Both the position numbers and the translations under genes were made by a program. 64,000 nt of DNA, from positions 157,108,001-157,172,000 of the forward strand of contig NC_043000.1 in NCBI RefSeq assembly GCF_006345805.1. Direction: 5' to 3'. The notes beneath the pieces were generated by a model. The model saw nothing but the letters and a program-made list of their open reading frames with translations, made no database searches and was not told the origin of the DNA. Below, piece by piece: positions 23,395 to 36,134 of the stretch (the first letter of the stretch is position 1; every line of letters starts with the position of its first letter). The DNA comes from Octopus sinensis (lineage: Eukaryota).

Positions 23395-24582
23395 GCACGC
23401 GCACAGAGGCAAAAGAGGGAGAGAGAGAGAGAGAGAGGGAGAATTTGAAATCAAAACACCATCACTGTCGATACTTCAACTTTGGTTTTCAAATGTTGCC
23501 AATATGACATTAAAAGGTTTTGAAAAAAGTGAACAAGTTGGAGAGAGAAAGAAGAAATCCCGCTTACACAGCTCAAGTCTGATGCACCAAACACTGCATT
23601 TATCTATCGGAGATAAATGGCTCACATTGCTTATTCAAGAACCTCAGCCCAGTCGAAAATTAAGCTATTGGTATGATGAATTTAAGCTGCCCAAAACTCA
23701 CCATCAATATCCGATATCACTGGTGAAACCCACGAGAGAGCCTTTAAGTGGACGCTTTGTATGCTAGTAACACCAGTTAAATTTCTTCGTATAACATCTT
23801 ACAACCTTGAAATGACACCTTCGATAATACTTCCCTAAATATACTATGTCTGAATAAAATAATTGAATGATCACCGCTGGAATGCCTTCGCTCATATATC
23901 AGCTTCATCGGAGCTGGCTTAGAACAAAAAAGCAACAACAACTAATAAAACAATAGCAACAACAACTACAACAACATCATCATAGCGCTTCAACAACAGC
24001 ACTTTATAAGATGCATAAAAGTAAAACCTATTCGAACCACTTCAAAACTTAGAGCTATGTCCAATCATTGCGGTGTGAAAAACGTCGTTGCCTTCCGAGA
24101 GCTGAAAAATCTACACATTAGATAGGATGTTTTTTTTGCAATTGGCAAATGATACTTGGAACCATCTTCAGGAAGCTACACTCAGAATCATCTGATGGAT
24201 GGAATGCAAGCGTTGGAATGCAAGCGTTGAAGGAAACCTATGTCAATTTCGCAGTGCGTGCAGTGAAATGTTGCTTTCAAATTTAAATTTCGTGTGCTAG
24301 GGTCGATGCAATCCACTGAAATTGCTGGCCTTGTGCTAAAAGTTGAAACCAATATTAATGAGACATCAATAGCGGTGAATTGCAAATCAAGCATTTCGAA
24401 ACAAAAATCATTGTGCTATTTAGTCGCTTATTTCACGTTCTGTGTTCTAATCACGCTCGAGTAGATATTGGTATTCATCCTCCGCCCAATGAGCAGTAAA
24501 ATAAGTAATACTATTATAAAAGAAGTTGGATCAATTGACTATACACGTACAATATAAACTCCAAAGCTTTTATACCAATTTA

Positions 24583-24902
24583 TTATTTATTTATTTATGC
24601 GACCTTTTTAAGACTAGCCAGGCTCATGGCCCCGGTTTCCCGGTTTCTATGGCGTATGTGTTCCCCCCAGCTGGACGGGACGCCAGTCCATCGCAGCGTT
24701 ACTCAAGAAACAGGAAGAAAGTGTGAGAGAAAGTTGGGGCGAAAGAGTACAACAGGGGTTGCCACCACCCTCTGCTGGAGCCTCGTGGAACTTTTAGGTG
24801 TTTTTGCTCAATAAACACGCACAACGCCCGGTCTGGGAATCGAAACCCCGATCCTCAGACCGCGAGTCCGCTGTCCTAACCACTGGGCCATTGCGCCTCC
24901 AC
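24583..24902 (-). mobile_element. SINE-D: SINE-C head joined to a different (V-domain-like) 3' module and (AAAT)n tail
   Basis: 12-bp TSD TATACCAATTTA (24571-24582 / 24903-24914). The 5' part matches SINE-C, then switches to CTGCGATGGACTGGCGTCCCGTCCAG. Confidence 0.88.
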
Positions 24903-27199
24903 TATACCAATTTAAGCAAACAATATTAATGAAATGTCTTAAAGGACGGAAGTCAACAAATCTCTAAATTTTGTTGGACGTTTTGACAAAGGCTAAATGC
25001 CCTTATCTAAATCAGCTGTCAGTTAAAAGCTTTCGTGCCGATGCCGTGGAGCCAGTCGGTCACATAGCATTAATCACTCAATATAACACCATTCTGCAAC
25101 TACTTGATCTTTATTCAGTGCTATAAAGGATTAATGCACATGATAGATTCCGTTTGTCATGACCAGATCAGGCCAGATGAAAACTAGGACCTCTGAATGA
25201 GCCAAATTTCACGAGGCACGCCTTACGTTTTCAGTGTTGCTATCGATGCATGCAAAGGCAACCTACACTCATCTGCGCCACCTTTTAACAAGATACAATA
25301 GACGTATGTCCTCAGGAAACAAGGGAAAGGAAATTTAGGGTGTTCATTTTTTTCCCTATGACAATATTGGTATAAATAAAATAAAATAGTTTCAGTTGAA
25401 AATTGTAACCACATCACGATACAGAAACTGTATCTAGAAGATATAGAGTTTTTACTTCAGAATAAAGAATAACGATAATTCAGTCTATACGCTAACACAC
25501 CACCAATCTCTATGGTAGGTGGTTAGGTTTTTACTTCATAAATTACGACTATGAGTTGTCATATGAATCGGTTGTTATTTTTTGTATTTTTAGCCACAAG
25601 ATCAGAGCTGATTCTAGCTTTGACCAAACCACTTTGTGTCTAATGTGTCTTTCTTTTTCTTTCTAACTTTAAGACGGTAATGTGTAATTTGAAGGAGGAC
25701 TTGGAGTGGGGAGATTTTAATTCTAGAATGGCTTAGCGAACTCTTTGTATCTACTCCAATCACTTGTCATCATAAAACGTATTTAACACTTAAACGGAGG
25801 ACATCAGGAATTGATGCTTCAAAAATTTTACATGAATACGGTCATCATCAATGAAATTATGATCAATGATAAAGAAAATTTTATTGTACGTGACACTAAT
25901 AATTATAGATTTTGTACTTATTTAAAGTGAAAATAAGTTTGAAAATTACCTTTAAGAAAAAGACCCTTTTTTTGTTTTTGGCCGCTTGGCATGCGCATTC
26001 ATTCAATCTCTTCCTGCCGTTTAAAGGTTAAAGCAGATAATCCATTCATGAAACTTTTTATAAGTAACAGTGTTTTAAGTGAATTCAAGCTAAGTAAAAA
26101 TAATTGATTAATACAACATATTAATATAAATGCTCATTTGTTTCTCCTTTTTGACTCCAATACTTGCAATCAATGTTGGAAATAAAGTGCAGATCAAACA
26201 GTCGTAACATAAAAGAATATCAAGGTGTAAAAAATTGTCATTTTAGAATTATAAATGAAACTTTATTAATTAGAAGTTAATTAATTTCTAACAAACAAAC
26301 AATCTCGAATATTGAGGAGAACTAACGTTGATCAAACTGACCTTAATACTTGATTAGTGCTTCATTGTGATCAACTCCAAAAACATGAAAAGCAAAATCA
26401 TCTCAGTGGAATTTGAGCTCAGATCATAACGGGACAGTAACTGCAAGACATTTTGATCGACGCCTTAATAATAGTAATTTCTGACATAGTCACCAGGAGT
26501 CAATTTTGGAGGAAGGGTGTAGTCGATGAAATCAACCCCACCACTTAATTGGTACTTGTTTTTGTCGATCCAGGAAGGATAAAGGCAAAGCTGATCGCGA
26601 AGGAATTTGAACTCAGAATACCGGAACAGGCTCTAACGATTATGCTAAACTATCATCAAACCTAGTAATTTATTCAATTTAACAGCATAACTGCAAAAAC
26701 ATCTGGCCTATAAAATGTGCTGTCTCATTCATTGGCTATTCTAACGTTACTACAATAGGCTCTATTCTTCTAGGTAAATGCCACCCTACTCCAGCTAGGT
26801 CAAATTGACACGCCTGTCTCTTCTCCTACTGGCGCCCTAGTAGCTATATCCTGCCTTTTCGGAAGCTCTTCCCTTTATTCCTTTTCATCTCCGAAACTCA
26901 GTCTTTTAGAGTCTCCTTTCCTGATCAGCATATGTTGATTTCCAGACATTTAAAGCTGAATGAACATCAATCATACCAATGTCCCCAGAGTGGAAGAGAC
27001 AATAACGGCCATGGTCATTATTTCTTCTGAGTACAATCATTACAACGCAATCATGATGGAATGGTGGAAATGCTAGAACATTGGGTTAAATGTTTCTTAA
27101 TTTCTTATACCTAGTGTTTTGTGCCTAAGATCTAACCAGGGTCGAATCTGACTTTCATTCACGCAGCGTCAGTAAAAATTTTTATGTTGTTTGTTTACA

Positions 27200-27618
27200 G
27201 GCGCAGGAGTGGCTGTGTGGTAAGTAGCTTGCTTACCAGCCACATGGTTCCGGGTTCAGTCCCACTGCGTGACATCTTGGCCAAGTGTCTTCTGCTATAG
27301 CCTCGGGCCGACCAATGCCTTGTGAGTGGATTTGGTAGACGGAAACTGAAAGAAGCCTGTCGTATATATGTATATATATATATGTATGTGTGTGTATATG
27401 TTTGTGTGTCTGTGTTTTTCCCCCCACCATCGCTTGACAACCGATGCTGGTGTGTTTACGTCCCCGTCACTTAGCGGTTCGGCAAAAAGAGACCGATAGA
27501 ATAAGCACTGGGCTTACAAAGAATAAGTCCCGTGGTCGATTTGCTCGACTAAAGGTGGTGCTCCAGCATGGCCGCAGTCAAATGACTGAAACAAGTAAAA
27601 GAGTAAAAGAGTAAAAGA
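27200..27618 (+). mobile_element. SINE-A, full length
   Basis: Near-identical to 14078-14470. Confidence 0.95.
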
Positions 27619-28197
27619 CTCTAATATGAATTCCCATCAACCAGCCAATTGGGAAGCATCCACTTGGTTGTACAACCTGCTAGAAATAACAGCTAAATCT
27701 CCCTCAAATCAAGCGTATTGAATCATATATTCTTTAATGTTGGTCACGTATGGAATGTTTTTGATTATATGTCTTTTCAAACAGGACTGACTTTGCATTT
27801 TTCTGTCGGAAATCAATGGAAAAAAATAGTACCAGTAATATATTGTGATCAATTCAACGGAGTTGTAGTATCAATTCAATGAATTGTATAAATATGTTTC
27901 CTCGTGCTGTTGCAACACATGAACATTATGAATAAATTTCAAATGAAAAGCTGATTGACATGGCTGTCATTTCGAGGAGAAATGTCACGTCAGTTAAATA
28001 ATGAAAATAATCAGCTTTAGATTTTTTCCTGCGATGTTGATAGATTTACTTGGAAGCCTAAATTAATTTCAAAGCTAGCAATGCAAACACGAAATTGTCC
28101 TTCTACAATTAATGGAAATAGAATAATAGCAAATCGCTATTGCCTGCCGTATTGGATATGCTTTACAATAAATACTTAACACAATCCCTTGATAAAT

Positions 28198-31100
28198 ATG
28201 TTTCTTTATTAGCCACACAGGGCTGCACACAGATAGAACAAATTACAAGGTAGAGCTTTTCTTTTGAAGGTATTAAAAAAAAAAAAAAAAAAAAAGGAAG
28301 GGGGAGGTTCGATCAAAAGGGATCGTAAAAGGAGAGAAAGGGGACAAAAATAAGGGGGGTTAAAAAAAAAAAAAAAGGAAAAGAAAAAAAAAAAAAAAAG
28401 GGGGGGGGGAGAGGAAAGAAAAATGATCAATAGGGATCGTTATCACAGAAATGTCAATATGAAGTGTAAAGGGGAGGACAGGTGAGGTTTACCCGTGGAA
28501 AGAAAAGCCTGCGGAAAAGACCACGGTAACCTCGGTCAATGAAGTCACATTTTATATTTCATTTTTTTTTTTTTTTTTTTTTTTTTTGCAAATAAGCAAC
28601 TCTCTGTTTTCGATTTCTGGGTTCATAGGACTATGCTCAAGGTGGCTTCGTCATTCATACGTGCCATTCTTGCTACATTCACCCATCTTTTTTTAAAACA
28701 TTCGCTAGACAAAACTTGCCTTTCTACTCTCACTTTCCTTTTCAAGTGGTACTTGAAGAAGTTGATGAGAGATGACCAGAGAGAAAGTGTTTGTCTCCAA
28801 TCCTTTCAGACGCGTCCACCAGATACATTCTTTCGCCATAGCCACAAGGATGATGAAATAGCTCTTCCTTCCTTTGAAGGAAGGAGGTCGTGACAATATT
28901 GACGATAGACTCAGCTGATAACCGACTCGTCCCACACGTGACAGCATTGTTCGACATAAGCCCACAGGTCGGAAATTGTTGGACACTGAACGAGTGCGTG
29001 CAGAACGGTTTCGTCGCTCTGACCGCATCTCGGGCAGGTCGGCCCCGTGTTTCTCGAGCCGTGTCTGTAGAGCTTATCCCGAACGGGTAGCGCTTCTCGG
29101 TAGCACTGCCAGGCCAGGGATCTCTGGAAGTTGTCCATGGGCCTGGCCCGAAAGTCGTCCCGAACAGGCGGGTCAGGTACTCCTCGTCGACGTCCAGGTT
29201 CGCCCCGAGCTCGTCGTCGTACCTCCCCTACACTAAACCCCTATAGAATGCTTTGGTTGTGTTGAAGTCACTTAAGGTCGACCCAGGACGCAGGGTTGCT
29301 TGAGAGCAACGCGACACTCGCGGTGCCATTCGCCCTTCCTCGGCCTCTTTTTGATCCACGACTGCAGTTCGGTCATGGAGACGAGCTGCGGGAAAGCGTG
29401 CCTCACAAACGGCGACCACACCTGTTCACCGTCGTCTACATAGAGCCAGAGATGTCGCAGTCTCAGCGCGTGTCTGCGCATCATCAACCACGGCATGCCC
29501 AGCCCTCCTTTTAACGGGTGTTGACAGCAAATGGATCGCCTGACCATCGGGACGCATCCTTTCCACAAGAAGCGAAAGAGGATGCGTTGTAGTTTGGTGA
29601 TGGTAGGGTCGGGACAAGGTACGACGGTCAGGCGGTAGTAGATGACGGACGCGATGTACGTGTTCGCCACCTCCGCTCGACCTTTTAGGGACAGTTTCCT
29701 CTCGGCCCATTGCCGGCGAGAGTGACCACCCTACTCGTTATCTCGTTCCAGTTCTTCTCCACTTGGAGGTCCGGACCAAACCAGACCCCGAGCAACTCAA
29801 CCGGGCCGTCGGTCCAGCGTCCTACGACGGAGGCGCTGGTGGACGGCATGGGCTTGCTTCTCCAGGTGCCTAGTCGCAAGCCACTGACTTTTCCCGGTTG
29901 ATTTTCGCTCCTGTCACCGCTTCGTAGTTTTTCAGTGTCTCGCCGACCAGCTCGATGTGCTCGTGGCTAGACACTATGACGGTGACGTCGTCCGCGTATG
30001 CAGACACGCTCGTCCCGCATCCCAATTCTCGCGGGATGCCCCTTAGAGTCGCCAGCTTCCGCAGTAGTGGCTCAAGAGTCAATACGTATAGAAGCGCCGA
30101 GAGGGGGCATCCCTGACGGACCGAACGTGCAATGTCGAAAGGTCTCGATAGATGTCCATTTACGCGAATTACCGAACGGATGCCTCTGTACAAGGCACAG
30201 CTATCCAGCCGCGGAAGACGGGACCGAAACCAGCCGCTCTCAGGACTGCCTCCAAGTATCGATGGTCTACCCTATCAAAGGCTTTTGATTGATCCAAGTT
30301 GATCAGGGCCCCACCCATGCCAGGTTCGTTAACTACCCTGTCTATGATGTAGCGCATCAGATGGAGGTTGTCATGGATGGTCCGGCCTGGCACGGCGCAT
30401 GTTTGCGCCTTGTCGACCATTTTCTCGATGACAAGCGCCAACCTCTTGGCTAGCACCTTGGCAAAATTTTCAAGTCTGCATTAAGCAGAGTGATGGGCCT
30501 AAAGTTATCTATTACATTTCCCTTGTTTAGATCTTTCTTCAGCAGTGTTACGGCTCCTCGGCTCACAAAACCAGGAATGCTCCCGTTTTGCTGCCAGTTG
30601 CAGTACACCGCCGCCAAGAGATCTCCAAACAAGTCTGGCATACAATTGTAAAGCTCGTAGGGTAGACCATCCAAACCCGGTGATTTGTCCCTCGAGCATT
30701 CTGCCATCGCTTCCCGCACTTCCGGCCGCCGTGATGGCACCTTCGCAGCACCCTGCCTTTCTTGTCGAGAGTCGTGGTAGGCTATGTAGGTAGGCACTGA
30801 AGTCCACCCTACGTTCTTGCCCTCCACTCGTTCGAACAGTCGGGCAAAATGCTGCTGAAAGGCCTCACACATTTTACTTGGCTCGAGCAATTCGCGCCCC
30901 TGTTCATCTACCAGTGACCGAATGGTGGCTTTGTTGCCCTGTTGCGCCTCTGCCACCCGGGCCTCTCTCGCGGCTCCAACACCTTCGTTCCTTAGAGCAC
31001 GCATCCTAGCTCTGACAGCACATCCTTCGTGTTTGGCGTTGAAGTGTTGGTCGAGGGCCAACCTCGCCGCCAAAACGTCGGATGCGATGCCGCTTCTAAT

Positions 31101-31885
31101 TGCCTCTTCTAGCTTCTTAACTAGCTCACCCTCTACTCTATTTCTATCTATGGCTAGTGCTTTGCTGTACCTAATCGCTTCTGCTTTTACTGCTCTCTTG
31201 AGGGCAAACCACCATTTGTTGTTGATGATGGCTCCCGTCAAAGCCCTCTTTACTAGTGTGCTAATCCGGTCTCTGAAAACTTGTCTCGATGGGAAAGACG
31301 CGTTTAGTTTCCAGTATCCGGGACCCTGCCTAAGTGTCTTACCTAAGTCTAGCGTACATGTCACAAGTTTTGTGATCCGTGTAGCTGACTATGTGGAATT
31401 GTGGACATCCTATGCTATCTCTATCTACTGTCCTACACAGTATCCTATCTAGATACGATCTCGACGACCCGATGCGGTTGCTCCATGTCCACGTTGGCGC
31501 ATTCGGGTGGTCTAGTCGAAACCTGTCAGACAGTTGAAAGCGTCTGAGCAGGTCTCTGAGGCACTTGCATCCCCGTCTATTCCTATCTCTACCCACGTAG
31601 TCTACATGCGTGTCCAAGGTAGCATTCCAATCCCCCACTAAGAGTAAAGGACGAGACGTTCCCAAGAAAACTTCTAGACGTTGAAAGAAATCCGCCCGAC
31701 CTGTTAAGGGCGGTGCGTAAACTGATACGAGCCGAAAAGCGCACCCATTGCTGCCGTCGACATCCAGGACGACCAGTCTACCCTCCGGGTCTACGAATAT
31801 TGTCCTTACATTGAGATCCAGACTCTTGTGAAAAAGTACCGCGGTGCCACTACCGCCCATTCTCGGCAGACAGGGGGAAAAATAA
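28198..31885 (-). mobile_element. 5'-truncated L1/Tx1-clade LINE (APE endonuclease, RT, C-terminal CCHC, pyrimidine-rich 3' UTR)
   Basis: 31339-31860: APE (VYAP, GDWN, YLDR, TDH). 29870-30456: RT (DQSKAFDRV, RQGCPLS, YADD). 28911-29138: CPRCG..ETVLHALVQC. Multiple frameshifts; ends ...GGCTAATAAAGAAA. Confidence 0.93.
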
Positions 31886-32450
31886 ATGTTGAGGGGGAAA
31901 AATTGAATATTATATCATATAAACCAAAGTAATTCTTGGTATTCTGTTGCCATTTTGCACAATCACATCACGTTGTATTGCAACAACTCTGAATAGAAGT
32001 CCAATCGACGCAAGTCAAATAATCTGCCAACGTCTGAATACTAAATGAAGAAACCACGTCATGACTTTTTCAATAAGAGTTAATCTTATTTAACGGAGAG
32101 ACGATACTTCTGTGGCATTACTTTGTCGTTGTGTTGTCAATTTGTTGAAAGATTCTTATTCTGTCTTCATATAATACATTTCTATCCCAAAATGTTCCAG
32201 TCATGAAAAGGAAAATTCTGTTGCTTTTCTTCAGTCATAATATCCAATTGTGTGTGTGTGTTTAAAGAGGGTAGAGTGTTTTTTTATAGAGGGTAGAGTG
32301 TGATTTTAAAGAAAGCAGAGTGTGTTTCGGGTTTGAGTTGTCATCGATGTAAAACAGGTTGAGCAATCACGCAGAAATTCCGTCATTCAATTTCAGACTA
32401 CAGCACCTTTGATATTAAATATAGAACTCTATAAATGAAATGTCGTTATG

Positions 32451-33300
32451 AATTCTCAGAAATTAAATCGGTGGGCGGACAGAATCGTTAGCATACCGGG
32501 TATCACGTCCGTATATACGTTCTGAATTCAAATTCCGCCGAGGTTGACTTTACCTATCATCCTTTCGGGGTCGATAAATTAAGTACCAGTTACGCACTGG
32601 GGTCGATGTAATCAACTATCCGCCTTGTGCTTTTAGTAGAAAGGATTATTAATTTTCAGAAATTAAAACGGCGGGCTGAGAGAGTCGTAAAATGCTGAAC
32701 AGTATTACGTCCGTCTGTGTGTTCAAACGCCGCCGAGATCGACTTTACCTTTAATCCTTTCGGGGTCGATGAAATAAGTACCAGTCAAGTACTGTGTTCG
32801 ATGTAATCGACTAACCCGCTTCCCTCAAAATTTCAGTTGTGCCTGTAGTAGAGAGGATTATTAACTCTCAGAGAGGCGGTGAGCTGGCAGAGTTGTTTGC
32901 ACGCAGGACAAAATGCTTAGCTGCATTTTTCCGATTCTTTACTCTTGAGTTCAAACACCACCGACGTCAATTTTATTTTTCCCCTTTTCGCGGTCGGTAG
33001 AATAAAGCACCAGTTAAGAAATCGGAGTCGATATAATGAACTTACCTCCTCTCTAAAGGATGCTGGCCCTGTCTCAAATTTTGAGGCCATTATTAGCTCC
33101 CAGAAAGACGGTTAGCTGACAAAATCGTTACGTTCCTTACGTTCTGCGTTCAAAACCATCCGTGGTCAATTTTGCCTTTCATCTTTTGAAGTTGATTAAA
33201 TACGATGTCTGTCAAGTTGTGCAGCTAATTCCCTCACCCGAATTCCAAGGTCAATAAAATAAAGTACCAACAAAGTATTTGGGTAGATGGTGTCCGCCAA
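32451..33300 (+). mobile_element. Tandem array of four SINE-B-like copies separated by a recurring target-like sequence
   Basis: Units start at 32470, 32670, 32875 and 33107, each preceded by A(A/G)(T/C)T(C/T)(T/C)CAGA(A/G)A. Confidence 0.8.
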
Positions 33301-34906
33301 GCCCCTCTTCTCACATCTGCTGTCCTTTTCTTTGAATAACAAATAGTTAATAAATCTCATTTGTGCTCTTCATATTATTCCTAAAAGGGAAATCTGTGTT
33401 AAATATTTATACGTTTATCATTCAACTGTCCTTGAGGTATTTATATGGCAGAATCTATGGAGTATTTGAATAATTCCTTTGGTGTATTTAGCTGCATCCT
33501 CTTGAATTTCTAGTTCAAATTATGATTCGAGGATTAAGTGGATACATTAGAGAGTCGGACAAAATGTCTGCAGTAATTGGTAACGATCCTTTATTTTCAG
33601 TCCAAATCCCAGAGACGTCAACTTTGCTTTTTTTTTCTTCGGTAGACAATACAATAAAATACCAGTCATGAATTGGAAGTCATTTACTACTATTATAAAG
33701 CATACTAGGTGAAAACTGAATTATAACAGAAGAGGAAGACGAGAATTTTGTCATTTAAAGTTCTGGAAACAATACAATAAGCACCAGCCAAGTATTGGGA
33801 TCGATTTAATCAATTGTTAATTGTTATTAAAAGGCAGCAAATTGGCTGAGTCGAATAAAATACCTTGCACATTTGTTCTTGCCCTCTGCGTTTTAAGTTC
33901 GAACGAATCTTGCCGAAGTTAACTTTGCCTTTCGATAAACAAAGTACTAGTTAAGTTCTTGAATCGATTCACTCTCTCCTTATCTGTACATCTATTCATC
34001 TATCTATCTGAATCGGTACATTTTTCAGAATATGTAATTTGAGAGGGCCGGAAGCTCCTCTTTTGAAACCACCTAAGAAATCTTCTCAGGAATGAAGTCA
34101 GCTACACCTGCAAACCGCACGTAGAAACATCTACGTGACTCTCTAACTACTTATTACATTACACAGCATGGATGGACAGCTTCAAGGCAACCGCAACATT
34201 TTTAGATGATGCTTTGAGTCATTAGACAAATTTTACAAGGAAAAAAGAAAAGAAAAAAAGACAAAAAGGAAGAGTTATCAACACGGCTTTTGTTTACCTT
34301 TATCTAAAACCTCATAACATCGGCGACAAAACCTTTACCTCAGACGATTGCGTTTCCTAAGTTTTTGTAATTCTATAACGGCTATATGGGTAATGCAATA
34401 GCTTAATTATCCCCAGAATTGATGGTAAGATAGCAGACGCGATAGGAAGCCACACAAAGCACCTTAGACTAATTACTTACGCTTCAAAACTGTTTTCCTT
34501 CTCTAAGCTTACCTCCATTCTACACGATCCACACGCTGAGTGAAATATAAATACGTAATCGATTGAGCCGTTAACACTCGTGAATTGCTTTTGAAATGAT
34601 ATTTATATATAAAGATATTACATAGTTGCTGTGATATGTTGCTGCTGCCGTTTCCTCAATGTGCGGTTCTCTGATAACTAATCTAATCTATGGTAAACAT
34701 ATCAATCACTTCCGTTATTAGTCATTTTCTATTATTAATCTTATACATCGGCAGTTTTACATGTAAGCATATTATTCGCACATACATACATACAAACACA
34801 CGCGCATATGTACACACATACGTATGTATAGATATGCATTTATGCATAAGTAAGCATGTGAATATGCATGTATATGTCTACATACATATGTGCCTTTGTG
34901 TGTGTG

Positions 34907-34937
<31 letters not shown>

Positions 34938-35070
34938 TATACACATGTGTGCGTACATATTTACATATAGATGCACATACCTATGTTTAAAAATATTATT
35001 ATGAGCATGTATGCATCTACATTTGTATGTAACCATGTATGTCAATATATATATATATATATATATATAT

Positions 35071-35123
<53 letters not shown>

Positions 35124-35125
<2 letters not shown>

Positions 35126-35537
35126 CGCAGGAGTGGCTGTGTGGTAGGTAGCTTGCTAACCAACCACATGGTTCCGGTTCAGTCCCACTGCGTGGCATCT
35201 TGGGCAAGTGTCTTCTGCTATAGCCCCGGCCGACCAATGCCTTGTGAGTGGATTTGGTAGACGGCAAACTGAAAGAAGCCTGTCGTATATATGTATATAT
35301 ATATAAGTGTGTGTATATGTTTGTGTGTCTGTGTTTGTCCCCCTAGCATTGCTTGACAACCGATGCTGGTGTGTTTACGTCCCCGTCCCTTAGCGGTTCG
35401 GCAAAAGAGACCGATAGAATAAGTTCTGGGCTTACAAAGAATAAGTCCCGTGGTCAATTTGCTCGACTAAAGGCGGTGCTCCAGCATGGCCGCAGTCAAA
35501 TGACTGAAACAAGTAAAAGAGTAAAGAGTAAAGAGTA
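35124..35537 (+). mobile_element. SINE-A, full length, in (TA)n
   Basis: Near-identical to 14078-14470. Confidence 0.95.
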
Positions 35538-35560
35538 TATATATATATATATATATATAT

Positions 35561-35940
35561 AATAAAGGGTTATAAGCAAATAAGTTGCTTAAACCACATA
35601 CCGAAAATATTAGAAATAGCAGCCAAATAGGTTACCATTACTATTACTACAAAAATAAGTCTCCACAAACAACAGTATTTGCAACTCGTATATGGTAAAA
35701 AGAAGGAAGACAACGAAATCACACAGTCTACTTTGGATCAATTATGGACGATCGTTTCTGGATTAGAATCGAAAAATTCATTTCCTTATCAACATAATAT
35801 TGTCTTCCTTCTTTAGTCGCAAATACTGTTGTTTGTGGAGACTTATTTGTGTAGTAATAGTAACGGTAACCTATTTGGCTGCTATTTCTACTATTTTCGG
35901 TATGTGGTTTAAGCAACTTGTTTGCTTATAACCCTTTATT
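35561..35940. mobile_element. Foldback/MITE-like element with ~150-bp inverted arms, flanked by TA repeats
   Basis: AATAAAGGGTTATAAGCAAATAAGTTGCTTAAACCACATACCGAAAATA... is the reverse complement of the right end over about 125 bp, then about 15 bp more after an indel. Confidence 0.85.
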
Positions 35941-36075
35941 ATAATTATATATAATTTTTACCGAATGTGGTCCTTTCCATAGCGAAAAACTACTTGGTGA
36001 AATTTATTAATTTTATTAAATTAATTATATTTCACCCTTTATATGTATATATATATATATGTATTTATACGTATT

Positions 36076-36133
<58 letters not shown>

Positions 36134-36134
<1 letters not shown>

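Noticed and set aside
32451-33300. True CRISPR array
   Set aside because: The intervening units are SINE copies and the repeats are degenerate TSD-like sequences; the resemblance is only an analogy.
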